Notes under the pieces: generated by a model | What the model was told of the DNA's origin: nothing | Database searches by the model: none | Seen by the model: only the letters and a program-made list of their open reading frames with translations | Shown: one piece after another, positions 39,037 to 53,099 of the stretch | How the letters are laid out: the number at the start of each line of letters is the position of its first letter | Position numbering within the stretch: the stretch's first letter is position 1 | Program-made: the position numbers and the translations under genes | Source: Laetmonice hystrix | Lineage: Eukaryota | DNA length: 64,000 nt | Reading direction: 5' to 3' | Assembly (NCBI GenBank): GCA_965235115.1 | Contig: OZ249446.1 | Location: forward strand, 14,570,001-14,634,000

Positions 39037-39799
39037 GACTGTTTTCCCTCCCCCAAAAAAGATTTTAGACTTTCGGTGGATTTAACGAACACCTTTTTGG
39101 TGTTCGTAATTTGCGACAATGAAAAGGGAATAAAGACACCTTGAACGACACCGTCAGAACAACGAAAAGTTTATGCAACAGATTCTGGAGGATTTCGGGG
39201 TATCGTAACTTACGACACGTCGTAGAACAAGAACGATTTTTTATGCAACGGCTACTGTCGTTGTTCTTGAAAAATCTGATCTTTGTTGTTTATGCAACAG
39301 GCCCCTGATGCGACAACTCTTATAACAAAACAGACTTCCAGCAAGAAACTCCTTTGGCATCCTGCGTGACAATACTCGAGTGATCGCCTCTAACCGAGGT
39401 GGTGTAGCACACCTGACAATGATAACGGGATGGAAGACGGCCTCCCTACCCTCAATTATTACATACGAACCATACACACAAACGTTTGGTCGCAAGTTTG
39501 AAGTTACGGTTGAAGGCAAGTTAAGGGCCCGTTTCCACCAAGCTTTTGCATCGCGGTCGGCGTCAGCGTTTCATTTGACGTTCGAACCAAGATTATGCTT
39601 TGGCGTTTTTGAGCTTAAAATTTCACATTACACGCACGATGTAGGGGCATAGTAACTTATTTTTGCACTGTCTATAGTAATTTGGGGCAATAATAAAGTA
39701 TGTATAATCTGGCATTATAACTATCACTGGAACAATGTGAAAGGCCCCTTGCAACGTCTCTTACTCCTTGGTGTATATACCCGTAATGATAAACATATT

Positions 39800-40320
39800 A
39801 AAGGGCCTCCAATTAAAACTTCTCTATATGGATTGGATCCCAGATATATAAATATTAAACAGGTTCGATTGGTCAGCTCAGGTGTCCTTTGTACGTCAAC
39901 ATCAAAAGTATACTTTAAAAAGATAATGGCTTTCATTAAGGTGGCCTTCCTGCATGCTCCCTTTGATGCAACAGTTCCGAGCATATTGTAAATAGGCAGA
40001 CCCCTCAGGACCTGCATGCCATGCAGAGTTCTCGGCCGACTAAATTTGATATAATTTGCCGTAGGAATACAAAAAGAACGCTTGCACATTCGTTCCACCT
40101 TTCTAAGTCCAAAGTATTCACCGACAAAAAAGAGTTATAACAAATAAATCGCACATGGATCCCTTGATAGGCGAATGGCATGGGCTTGCCTATATTTGCC
40201 ACTATACGTCATGGGATTACTGCTCTCTAGCTTATTTTGGCTTGGATAATCCATGCAAGCCAACGCGATAGCCAACTCATCGTGTCGTATTCCCAATACA
40301 CCGCCCTTGGACAGGCTGAA
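39800..40320 (-). pseudogene. Possible highly decayed P-element/THAP9-like transposase fragment
   Basis: The minus strand with stops gives RIVANIGKPMPFAY and later HLS*PIEPV*YLYIWDPIHIEKF*LEAL. These resemble the P-family VGINGxWKxPxAY and HP...VYVFLDPxHxLKLxRNAL motifs in the right order. Confidence 0.35.
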
Positions 40321-42355
40321 CATAATAACACAACGCTCCCGTTTGTAACGTCAATTACTGTCTAATTATAGGGGGAAGTTTATGAAGTGGACGTGTCGAG
40401 ATGATTGGTCCGGGTTAGATTTGGGCATTAGTACTGATTAATGACATGGATATCTTTTACAATTTACCCGAGACAAAGAAACGGCATTCGGTCATGGCAC
40501 ATCCAGGAAGAGGTGGTAATTATTTCATACCAGAATAAATTAAATATAGTTTGCCGTCCTCCATTTTGTTTAGCCAAGATCAGCCGAACAGACAATGCCA
40601 GTTGATATGTTACTGTGATAGGCTGTTCTATATGCCGCTATTGATAGTATCATTTTTTGTGAAACGCCACGCATGCAGGGGTGGAAATTAAAGTTTATTC
40701 GGTCGACTCCAAATGCCACCCCTGGTATGACTTGAAATGCGTGAGATATTTCCTTTAATAAAACCAAGACCAGTTTCATTATAGAAAATGCTGAAAAACG
40801 GAGGGCATGACGTTATTAAACTATTTGTGGTTCAGCCCTTAATACTTCATCGAACTTATCGATTCAGAAATCCCTTCTTCGGTCCATGCAATCCTTAAGC
40901 CAGCCGCCTTTTAGCATTCTGCATTTAAACCGTCATTGGTGTTCCTCGCATCCTTAGCATGAAATGTTTAAGGAATACAACATTAATAACGTATACATGG
41001 TTGACCTTTTTAAAAGATAATCAACGGCCGCAGGGACCTCTCTATATATGGAACAGATTGGTAGTTGGTAGTTGAGAACACGATTAACTCTCTGTATAGA
41101 AGGCCGAGTCAGCTATTTTTAATGTTCAGTTATAAACTTCCATACTCTGTGACATCAACTCGACTTTCGTAATATTATTAACTCCGGTGGTTCTCGTGAG
41201 GAAGCATTCTTTAGTGGTTATTAGTATACGTAATCATATCTGATCATTGGTTAAAACATTTTGTGAACATGTACGGTTTATCTTATATAGGCACCCTTCA
41301 ATAAAACAGTTGGAGCTTGAAAGTAATTAGTAGATAATTTAAAGCTGCTTACTGTCCGATGTAAGTGGCCATGCTGTAATAGTTAACAGAATCAGGATAA
41401 GGCTTATCTATGTCAAATGCAGAAAAATAATTTTTGTATCACCGGCGAGAAATTTGAGAAATTTTCAATGGCAAGTTCTGTGGGATATTATTACTACAAC
41501 TCGTCGCGAAGAAAAGTTTAAAATTGTACGACTTCTCATCCTGTATGGAATATCAGACCGACACTTGACCACTTCCTAACACTATCCCTTGACCCATTCT
41601 TCGCCTGTTACGAACAGCTAGGGGGGGGGCTGAGGATCATGCTTACTCTTAATCTACTCTAAAGGGCAGATTTTTGAGTTTAGGTCAACTATTTTACATC
41701 CAACTTATAAAGGTGATATCGACATTAATATATTTTCAATGAAGAAAGACTGGATATATATCTACCATCTTCAGGTAACTCACCAACTTGCAGAATGTAA
41801 CTTGAGGACTACCTAATTGTTTTAATGTGACACACGTTCTAGTAAACACCATTATCAAGGCAGATTTCCATGCGGTCGTCAGTATGCACCGAATCGGCAG
41901 CAGACGACCGTATACATATAGTCTACGTCTACTGATGACCGAGATTAGAAACACCCTAGGCTATACATCACAGCTTGACGGGCAGACCACTCTCTGCACA
42001 TATATACGCTGCCGGCGTGTTTTCCCCCTCAATAGCAATAATCAAAGTCCAATGTGCCAATCTAGCTGAAAGCTTTGTTCGGTATTCATTTATTCTACGT
42101 CATCAGGGTCGTCAGACGAGTCGTGAATCGGTGTCCAAAATTAGCAGGCACGTGTGTACAGTACGTCCCATACCGATCTTGTAATCGCCAGGCAGCATGT
42201 GCCCGATACAGTACACAGAAGGTAGGAGGTAATAATTGTCCACAGTCACTCCTAAATATAATTAAACAGGGCAAATTAGACTGGGAATTACGGGATATAG
42301 GCCTACTGATTGGGCTCATCTAATACCTGGTAATCTTGTACCAAACCTGTACCTG

Positions 42356-43048
42356 GCCCCGGTTTCAGAAATGCTCTACCTCTATGCTAAACCTGTAATA
42401 TCGACACCCTGCCATATAAATCAGCTCAGTGTCACATGTAAAACTCAAATAAATTGAAGTGAGACCAACCAAATGTAATGTGAGAATGCTCAGCTGGCTC
42501 CGTTGCAATCTAACGCTCTACCTTCGAACCGCTTGGCCATTTTGGATAACCGTGCAACGGGAATTCCCACGCTCAGTTTCAGCGCCTCTCACACACTCAG
42601 TTGACGCTCGGCGTGGGGTTTCAAGGCCATCCGCCATCTATTTCAATGCCACGAGCACTGTCACGTCTTCTGTCCAACTCCTTCTTTCTCAGCTTTTTAG
42701 CTGATTCTGTTGCAAACATCGACTTTCGTCGCTTAAAAACCCTCGGAGGCAAATTTACAAAGCAAGCGTGTGATGATGATCAAATATGGTGGAGCGATAC
42801 CTGAAGTCATTTGCAGTGCTCCTTTTGGAGAGCGGAGGCAAATTCAAACTCCTGCTAATTATCATGTTTTAGCTTCGGTCCGAGATTTAGTACACAAAAA
42901 TCATCATACTGCAGTATTGCAGTAACAGTGTGTCTTCATATATATGTCAATAGGTTGCTATAGGGGACAGGTTTAGTGTTTTATTCTCGAAGATACTAAC
43001 GATGCCGCTTTAAAGCTTGCTGTTTAGAACCTCTCTGAAACCGGGGCA
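42356..43048. mobile_element. Harbinger-like MITE
   Basis: GCCCCGGTTTCAGA at 42356 and its exact inverse TCTGAAACCGGGGC ending at 43048. The flanks are CTG and ATG (imperfect 3-bp TSD). A related orphan end TTTCTGAAACCGGGCCC lies at 44636-44652. Confidence 0.6.
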
Positions 43049-46000
43049 TGTATGCTGTGGGTATCGGTTCGGGTTTATATAGTGATAGAAGTGCCTTCGA
43101 TACGAAATACGAGTGGATATCTCGGAAACCTGACCGTACACTACCAGTAACACTAGGGTTGTAAAAAAATACGGCTTACTCTGGTGTCTCCGGATAGCCG
43201 TTACTGCGGTTATCAGCCTCAGGATACATGTGGGGCTGAGATATAGCCAGTTTCTATTGATACTGCCAACTGACCGCGATCGGAACTTCAGCAAGCATCC
43301 ATCCGCCCGGAATCATTTATATCATGTTTAAACTGAATGGCTATATTAGTTAAAGAGTGAAATGCCAAAACACACTGTCTGTCTGTCGTCTGTCGGTATG
43401 TCTGTCTGCGTGCCTGTCTGTCTCACTCTCTCTCTCTTTGATACATACCCACATGAGATTCAAACTGAAAGAGAGGAAATACTTCTAAACTATACATAGT
43501 AATGTTGAAACTTTGTTTTAAAGCGGGCGTCCACTGTCATCCCATCTCTCATCTGATCTTTTAGATAAGATAGTGAATTTTCTTTCAAAGAATTGTAGGT
43601 GAAAATATGTATAATTCTGGAGTTTTATGACTGAAAAGATTTTTTGTAAATCCAATTTTTGATAGATTTCTAAAATTATCGTGTGGGAAATCGGATGAAG
43701 ATCAGGACAGTGGACTCCCGCCTTTACACTCACTGCTGTAGAATTAATACTCTATGAATATTAATATGGTCACATACATTTAGTACATCTAGAAACAATA
43801 CGTGGTTCAAGAGTTTTCTAAACGTATTACTGTGTGCACCTAGCCATTGGTGACCATCCTTTCATCTATGACATCATCTTATCGATTCTCCTCCTTTTTA
43901 AAAATAATCGACTTCAACACGAGATTCTGTTCTCGGCTTCTCCTTTATTCGCCTTCAGATAAATTTTCAGATCTGACTAAATCCAAAGCAAGAAGGAATT
44001 TGTTTTTGTATGATATCCCTTAAACCAGCTTTTTAAACATTCAACATCACGTAGGCATCAATGTGGCAAGATTCTAACGGAAATGCGAGGTGGGAAACAA
44101 GCTGCCGAATGCATGCCTTCACTCGCATCAAAACCTCAATTTGTGGCTTTCACTGACAGCGAATTCAATGCCAGGATTTATCTCCAAGGTCTGCCAAAGA
44201 GAGTGGCCTCGTGAGGGTGCCTTGAACGTGGGAAAGTCCCAGCTGACGAGGGCAAATCTGCAGAGGTCTTTTTTTAACTTTTCGTTTCATTTTTGTTTTC
44301 GGCTGATAATGTTTTTTACTTCCTTTGTTTCCAAAGCTGTGGCCTTTCTAACAAAACAGATAAGTGGCTTAGAGTGTGGGCAGCCCTAAATGAATGGCTA
44401 CATTAGTTAAAGAGTGAGTCTTAGAGATGCTTAGTAAAACTAGACTCTTTCTATTGTATTAGTTAACCCCTTGAGGATACATGAGAAAACGCCTTTAACT
44501 ACATTTTTACCTACACCCTTCATTTTGCAAACCTTTTAGGGCCCCTGATTGGCTGGTCCTCTGCTGCTCAGCTTCAACCAGCCAATCAGGGGTCCTAAAA
44601 GGCCAAGCAGAGCTTAAGTTAAGATCACGCTAACCTTTCTGAAACCGGGCCCAGAATTTACAGTAGGGAATAGGGAATGGTGAGTTTTAGAGAGTCACTG
44701 CCTAATTTGTATAAACGCATCATATAAAGTTTCAATTAATATAGGCCTATCAAATTAAATGACCATATTCCCATACAAATGTCGAATTAAAGGCTATATG
44801 CTTTGGAAATTTACAAATTAAACGTCGGACCTACATGTCATTAGATCAACACAGGTCTGTATATGAAGAACGAGTATGTTCAATGAGGGCAGGATCTTGG
44901 TTGTCAGGGTCTGAGGGGACCTCCGTGCTGATCAGCACTGTATCTGGTGGCTGCATGGCCTCCGAACGGCCTTTTGAAAGAGGAAGGATCGGTTTACTTT
45001 GGACGTTTTGAAAGAGGAAGGATCGGCTTGCATTTAAAAGTTTTATTAGTGACGGACGTGGAAATGTTGGCAAATGGTGACTTGACGAAACAGCGAGTAG
45101 CAAATAAGTCTTTAAAGATTAGAAGACTTGCCACAAACTGGTCTAGGTGCTTAGATTAGTATAGGCCTACTTTAATGTTATCTGTATGGAGACACATTAT
45201 ATCTTTAATTGGAACGTGTTTGTCTCGCTGTCCAAAGATTATGAAACAAATAGAAATGCAATCTGAGTTCTCTTTCGGTAATTTTTATGAAAATAATATG
45301 AAAACGTTAATGGCCGACAGGTTATTCAACTTGCACCTTTGGCTGTGTATCAGCCTTCTTACGTCACGAAATGGACTTCCTGTCAACTTTTGCCCCGACC
45401 CATTGCTCCGTGTATCCATCCTGTCAATGTCACAATTTAGTGGTTTGGTCCCAACTGCATTATCTTGGCCGTTGGCAAGCTTAAGGTGGTGATTGATTAA
45501 ATCACCCCAACTTGTCCACTTGTGTTTGCTCGAGAGTATTACCTTCCCGTCGCGGATATTGGAAGCACACCCCCAGTGGAGTCGACTTACACGTGGGACA
45601 CTGATTACTTCCAATTGAAACGATCCAAAACGGTCGAGTTCACGCGGCTAGCAGACCGAGGCGTCATTGATGTTAGCTCCCATCTCCATGTTGATTTGTA
45701 TGTTAAAAATGTGTACGGGTACTTTGCTTCAAGCAAGGGTATTATCCTAACTGCCAAAGGCCGATTAGCACAACGGGATAGGCCGAGGTTGGCTATAATA
45801 TGGAGGGGTCGCTTAGCCAGGATGCAAGGAGGGATGCAGTTCCAGTAAGGACCAATATCAGGATGGCCAAAAGGGCCAGTTCGTAATGGGGGGGGCACTA
45901 ACGTCTCAGGGTGCCAGAGCTCCAGTCTTTATATCCTTTATCCGTTGAATTCTGACGTTTTAATGAATGTTCTGAAATTAAACCGGCGTGAAGAATACTG

Positions 46001-47020
46001 TTTACAAAGGATGCATGCGTCATGTTACGCACACGGCCCCAAACAATGTAGTATCAGGATTTGCTGACTAATAAGGCCGCCTAGATGAAAACAGAGAAAG
46101 GAAGAGAAAATATACCTGAACCGAATGGCGGTAAAACTTCATCCTTAACGCTGACGACTCCAGCACAGCGCCAGGTATACCGGGTCAGTAGCCCTGTCTT
46201 GCAGCATTTTCTTTAAAAAGCTTCACTTGAACATTTATGCTGGCCGACAAACATCCCCACACAGTATTTTTCAGTATAGTGACTTTACTTCTCCCATGGG
46301 AGGAGCCCAGGTTGAGGTTTAAGGCACAATTATTGTATTCATTAGCAGCTCATTCAATCATTCGGACAGTGCCAGGTCGCCATTACACAACGCTTGGCTT
46401 CCTAAAGGCAAAAGGTCGACTAAGGATAAGTTGTTCAGTTTTGGAATTCAATTTGGTTGTGAGGATGTGAGTGATTGGAGGGTCAGGCCCTGGACAGATG
46501 GAGATTATCAGTGGATTCATGCCGTCTCTGTTGATAACTTTCCTTTTCACAAATGGTAGGCCTGAGGTTATTTGTTCAAGATTCATCACAGCTTTGTAAC
46601 TATCTCCCGCTTCTCTACAAGGGTAGAAAGGCACTGTAGAGAGGGTTGTTGACTACTGCCTTCTGTACGTCTTAAAGAGTGGTCTCACGTTATTCCTATG
46701 TGGGAGTTTCATAATCTCAAGTATTAACTGCCATTTCGGTTGAATTTTGTGTTCTGAAGCAAAACTGTTTTTCGCCAAGTTGTTGGTTTTTGTTGGTATT
46801 TGTGGGACTTATATTGGCTGACACGTGTTTAATCATACGCTGGCTAACTTGGCGATTTGTGATTAGAGAACTTATTGTTATAAGTATAGCACTTTACTTT
46901 CTTGTTACTTTATAGTCGTATGCGTATACTTGGACGAAACAGTTTCGCATTGACCTTTGCAGCACGTTGAAATTGCGGCTTTAATTTGGCATAGGACACC
47001 AAGTGGCTATATAATTTATC

Positions 47021-47089
<69 letters not shown>

Positions 47090-47108
47090 CAGACAGACAG
47101 ACAGACAG
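47021..47108. repeat. (GA)n plus (GACA)n compound microsatellite
   Basis: Read directly from the sequence. Confidence 0.95.
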
Positions 47109-49263
47109 AAACTGAGAGGGAGGGAGATCTACATGGATCAGACCCCTTTTTCACAAAAAAAACCCCACTTTCTTGTAATTAAAAATCCAGGATTCCCCCC
47201 TGATATTGGACAAATAATGTGCACATTTCGGGAAATGATCGAATTTATCATTTTTTTCTGCAAAAGAAGTAAGGTATGCTTGCCATATGCAAGTATAATT
47301 TAGACCACAACTGCGATAACTAACAACGGCTTTGAATTACATTCAAATCTATCCTTTGCAGTGGATACGTATGCATGTCAGAAGATGTTTTATGGAAAAA
47401 CCCTGAACTCTTACAACACGTTATTTTGTGATGGAATGTGATAAAAAAATCGAGGTTGGTACATGAGTGCAAAGTTCTATCGGGATCAAACGGAATGGGG
47501 TACAGAGTTCAAGAAGTGTATACCTTGGTTTGAGTATTTGAAATGGTCGTTAGCAAGAAGGTAGAGAGTGAACCTGGTGCCTGTAAATGTACAGTATTGA
47601 TTCAGCGCACATGTTCAAAGGGGTACGTAATATGTGGTAATCCTAGCACAGAGGCAATAACAGCGACTGATGGTAAAATGGTAAGTATCTAAGGTACACA
47701 AACTCACCCCTACCCGACCCACCCGGCTATACACACAAACATACGTATACGCCTGCCCTCTGTCAAAGCCATTATAAAAAGTAAAATAATCAGAACATCG
47801 TGGTATTTGTTGAATTTTGGAGGCTTTGGATGGCTTTAATAAGAAAGATGAAAGGTAAGTCAGAGCCCTCTAGCATCAACATTGGAAAATGTACACTACC
47901 ATATCGAACAACTGGCCATTATTCAGTAGTGTCTCTTTAAAAAAAATCATCGGAGTTATACTAGGCTCAACTGTAAGTATACAATATGTGATCAACGTAA
48001 TATGTTAATATACTAAGATTAAGAGCAATGGCGAGAAATAAATGAGAGACATAAATTATAAAGAAGGAATTCATGAAAACGTGCATGAAAACGCTTAAAC
48101 AATAATGCATCCTTAAGGACAATTTCCTTTCCGGAGCATAACATATGGATTTATCGGAAAAAGATGAAAAGTAGGGCACTGGAGGGAAAAGTTGCATTCT
48201 CTAACAATAGGGACTGCTTATTTCCTTTGTCTCCGACGGTCCTCGAATCTGTACAAAATAATTATCTCCACTGTTATCCTGGCACGCTCCCAAGAAACGA
48301 TTTCCAACAGATATCATTGTGTTAAGGCGTGACCGAGAAACTTGCGTGCCTGTATAGCCGTAATATCTACCCTTGTGACTTCATCAGCCTGGCAGGAAAT
48401 CCCGACGGGTGTACAATAAAAAGGTATATCCCCTATGATGGAATCGATGCGACAGAGGTAATGTACGCGTATGGTATAGGTTAAATAGTGGCTTTTGTCT
48501 ATACGTGCAGTTCGACATTTATAGTAATGACTTCCTGATAAAGAGAGGTGCTCTGGGGGTCTTGGGAATGGCAGAATACAGCATACTATCTTTGGAGAGA
48601 AAAGCAATCCATCTCTCCCCAAATGCGGCCCCATGCATATGGCTCCAGTGGAAAGCTGAGTCTCTGATGATTGTCCAATAAAATCAACACCCTTTTGACA
48701 TCTGTCTATGGCCTGAGAAAATGATAGTATTCCTTCTGATTCTAGACAATCTGCCATATTGTGATATCAATATATTACTGCTATGAATCAATACGCGTGG
48801 ACAAATTTCCTTTTATTCATCCATATCAGGGGAGACCAAATCTTCTGATAAATAATAGCAGAAAAACCCAAATACAAATCAATACAGGAGAGAAGCCACC
48901 CAGTGATCCTCGGTATTAACAGTGAAAAGGTTGACTACAGGCTACATTCATCAACATGGTCTAACCTTTGATAAGTTCACAGACTTTGCCACTGCATCTT
49001 CAGAATAAAAAAACAGCTTGTATTTAGAACGGTTGTCATGGAAACTGGGAGTCTCCATGCATCTCTCTGTCCGTTTAAACTTTGTTCTTGCAGACGACAA
49101 TATCCGCATCATATAGCATGGTCTTTGAAGCTGATCTTGTTCTTCACAATTCTATCCGGGAAAACCAAAAAATCATGACTGTCTTTGGAGCTGAAGGCTG
49201 AGACCGCCATTAGACATAGGAGGCTGTGTGAAGACGGGTTAACCGCTAGGCAAAGCCAATACG

Positions 49264-49451
49264 ACCCGTTCCACACGATCATATATCCTTGAATTAGAAA
49301 AATAGCACAAGAATCTTTGATTGTTTCGAACGGGAAATGTAATCAAACTTTCTAGTACGAGAAAATATGATGGTTACAGAATCTGTGACGGTTATGGACG
49401 GTTATAGAAACGTTGACCGTGTACAAGAAAATATGACCGTGTAGAACGGGC
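49264..49451. mobile_element. Small MITE with imperfect ~20-bp TIRs
   Basis: ACCCGTTCCACACGATCATAT versus the inverse of the right end, GCCCGTTCTACACGGTCATAT. No clean TSD is visible. Confidence 0.5.
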
Positions 49452-50420
49452 TTAAGTCTCTATTCTGTTTTTAGGGACTAATAGTCTCCCTGGATCGGGC
49501 CGGTCCCTTTCCTTGATAAGCTCTCGTGTTGGGCTATTTTGGAGTATATGAGGTGGAAGCCGGAGAAATGAGCAATACAAATTCCGGACTATAGCCGTAG
49601 TATAGGCCCGGATACGTTTGAGTATTCTTACCCAGACTGGTCAGTAATACTTCAGATGTTTCACGAAACTCACCTAATCAACGTTAAGACAGATATGGCC
49701 AAATACGTGCATAGCCTGATTAACCATCGTCACGTCCCCCCTTTAAGTTATATCCGTTTTAAGCAAAGACAAATTTCCCACTTTTTCATTTTAGTAGACT
49801 CACGGTATTAGTGTGGTATTACCATTACCTCTATACCTCACCTTTCGTGTATTGTTTCTTCCCTTTTATTTTCTATCTCGGTCTTTTTATATATTTTTAT
49901 ATTATTTTTAACCAGACACGATTTATGGGACGAATTGGCGATGCAGAGGTTGTCCTGGGCTGTGATCTGTATTCTCGCCGTAACAATTGAGCGAAAGGCA
50001 AACAGTGTACGTTCAACGCCAGTTTATCACGACCAGCCTGCCACTAATGGCATCTACAAGTCAAGAGTTAGTGTAGCTGCTCGGCTGGAGAGGGCGATAA
50101 TTCATCGACTAGCACGGGTCCTGAAGCCACGAAACCATGGAGGTGGGGGATGTCGAACATGAGAACCATGGGGGAGGGGAGACACCTGGCGGCGTAGACT
50201 GGCCCATCTGACGGACCCACCCACGGCGTAGCCAGGGTAGGTCCACAGCGCAGCAGCTGTAGCAGACCGTGGATTGTCTAGTGGCCGGAATTTTCTGATT
50301 ATAGCTGTTCTATATGCCCATATAGCAGCTCTTTTGACAACGCGAAGGGATTCCGGAGGCAGGGTACCAGTCTCAATGTATGTGCACAAAAAGAACGCCA
50401 CTGCCGTAGTGGGAATTCCG

Positions 50421-50604
50421 TATAAAATGGCTGCTGCGCTTAGCGAGGTGGAGAGTTTCCGGTCTCTATAAAATGGCTGCTGCGCTTAGCGAGGTGGAGA
50501 GTTTCCGGTCTATATAAAATGGCTGCTGCGCTTAGCGAGGTGGAGAGTTTCCGGTCTATATAAAATGGCTGCTGCGCTTAGCGAGGTGGAGAGTTTCCGG
50601 TCTA
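50421..50604. repeat. 46-bp minisatellite, 4 copies
   Basis: Unit TATAAAATGGCTGCTGCGCTTAGCGAGGTGGAGAGTTTCCGGTCT(A/C) at 50421, 50467, 50513 and 50559. Confidence 0.97.
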
Positions 50605-52004
50605 GGCGTAGATCTGTGGGTTTGTGGTAATGTGACAGTAATATTACCGAGATGAGAGGTCAGATGACGGGAAATCATTATAGGCAAAGATTAGTGTGTG
50701 TAATACGACCGTTTGACTTGTCTGCATTTGCCGAATCTTCACAGAATTTGAATTCTGAGAATCCTACAGGCCCATACCGTGAGAGTGCAAACCAAGATTT
50801 GTACCTCCGGGGGTGGGGGGCAAGCCGTTAGAAATCGACAGGAACCAAAATCTGATACTGATGTAGCATGCTATAATAAGAGAAAAAAGGGGGATGTTTT
50901 CCTTGATCTGCGCCAGCAAGCAAGAGTTTCTATTCATGTGATATAACTTCTAAACACAAAATTGGTAAGACGATTTAAGCGTATACGATGAACAAGGGTA
51001 TTGAACTTCAACCGACACACAACAAATTAATAACTTTGCATTAAGGTATTCTTAAACATGCTCGCCTACATAATCATTGTATCCATGAACATGGTTAATT
51101 GATATACCGCTATTCTTGTATCAATGTTCTACATGCCGAAATAATCCCGCTGAAGAGACAGGCAGTCTCATTAGGTGCAACTATGCTGACTTTGCAACTC
51201 TGATATTTTAGACATACATGTCTGTCTGCCATCGAAAGCTCTCTTTACACGGACATGCATGCAGAATACGTAAACGGACACCCAACCCTTCCCAACGAAC
51301 ATGCACATGTCTCTCCTTTCCTATACCCACATTAATACAAACATAAATACAGGGATACGGAGGGAGAGATACAAGACCAGCGTCTGGAGCTCAGCGTCCA
51401 GGTACTTTTCATGGTCCTGAAAGGGACGCGACTATCAGCTCACTTACCTGAACCACTTACACCTAAACTGTAAAGTGGTGAAGGTAAAGTGGGGGTACTT
51501 CATCGCAGATCAAATCTTGACTTTAGAAATAGGAGTCAGATCTAACATACATTACGTGGCAGAGAAGATGAGTGTTTACATCAGGGACAAAGCGATCATG
51601 TACAAGACGCTTCTTTCACCAATTGCCTTACCAGGGCATCAAGTACAGGCATTTCTTTGAAGGCTTCCTATATAGGCGGAGCCTGGTACAAGTACTTGGA
51701 GAGTCTAATCAATCTTTTCTTGTTTTGAAATATTTTAAATAAGTATAATTATAGAGAGGGGGCATAAGAACAAACACTGCGGTCATTGTATTAGCAAACA
51801 GGTTGCTGAGTACAATTCTGCAGACTGAGCATTTTTTGAAACAACGGACACCAGAAGCTATGCATGTATGCCTTATCCGATTTTCAAAGGAAATCGAGGG
51901 AGCGTGCTTCCCGCCCCTCACCTTGCGGTTGCTACTCCCATAGTTTATGGAAGTGGACTTTATTCGAGGTGGTTTCCCATAATATACACAACCCAAGTGA
52001 TTAA

Positions 52005-52529
52005 AGGTAATATGTCACGAATTTCAAATAATACGTCATGTTTCAGCGAAAATATGTCTGCATTGCGGTTCTCCTATATGCTCCAAAGGTCCCCTACCTG
52101 TTTATGTAGCTTTGGTCGGTATTTTGTAAAAATAATCGCCAATTCTTAATGCGGTCACTGAAAATGACCCACTTAGATTCCGAGACCCCGGGATTTGCAG
52201 CCGGCTGTGTTTTGCACCCTTTTCACAGGATCGGCGGATGGGCCATTATCGTCCCACTATCATTTTATAGATTCGTTATTTACTTATTTATTTATTTGTT
52301 TATTTATTTATTTGTTATTTACTTAGATGACGGATTCATCATACTTTGCGGACACTGCAGCTAGTTTTATTCATTTTTCTACATTAGGGAGAATTTCACA
52401 GCTGTCTACTCGTATTATGTGTTAACAGAATCAATATGAAAAACAATCAGTGCCATAAAGTGCGTCAGTGGTGAGCAGGTAAGCAGAAAACGGAAGATTT
52501 CGGTCGATACCCCCCGTGACATATTTCCT
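52005..52529. mobile_element. Kolobok-type MITE
   Basis: TTAA at 52001-52004 and 52530-52533; 15-bp TIRs AGG(T/A)AATATGTCACG. RR...YY termini with a TTAA TSD are the Kolobok pattern. Confidence 0.8.
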
Positions 52530-53099
52530 TTAAAGTTTGGCAGGGGCGTCGGAACTACATGGGTGGGACGGGCGTGACCTGTCTCGCCTATATATATTTT
52601 CCAATGCCATATAAGGGCAAACTTTCTGGTATATTAGGTCAAATGACCAGTACATAAAGATATCCAAAAGATCAATGTGGCAGTAGATTACTACCGTTAT
52701 TATTTGTATTTTCATTTATATATTTATATAATACATTTATATTTTTCATTTATATTTTTCATTTATGTTTATGCTTGGTTAAAAAGGCAAAGGTTGACTC
52801 GGAAGAGGTCAAAGATTTATCATGTCTCGCCCACTTCAATATAACTTCCAACGCTCCTGTTTGGTGAATATCGACCTGCTGTCTCCTTCCACGGTCTCTA
52901 CAACATATACAGACCTGGCTGACTCTGCCAGAAAGAAAGAGAGAGTTGCGGTCGCCAATAGGTGGCGCGCAGTTGTACAATATCACGTGTTATGTACGTC
53001 CTTCAGTTTTCTTTTGTTCACAGTAAACAGCTGTTACCATTTCCGTTCGACGTTTGCCATCAGAATAATGTTGCTTATCTACAAACTTAGTCAACATTG

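Larger units (their letters stand above)
37657..39304. mobile_element. Non-autonomous PIF/Harbinger element (deletion derivative with nested insertions)
   Basis: TIRs GGGCCTGTTGCA / TGCAACAGGCCC, a 3-bp CTG duplication at 37654-37656 and 39305-39307, subterminal TTATGCAAC repeats, and an internal HARBI-like fragment. Confidence 0.82.

Noticed and set aside
49085-49130. MLYDADIVVC on the minus strand resembling the RT YADD box
   Set aside because: The residue order is wrong (YDAD) and the flanking RT motifs are absent.
49935-50162. ORF with a signal-peptide-like start after a strong acceptor
   Set aside because: The hydrophobic core is short, and there is no convincing cleavage site or dibasic/amidation pattern.
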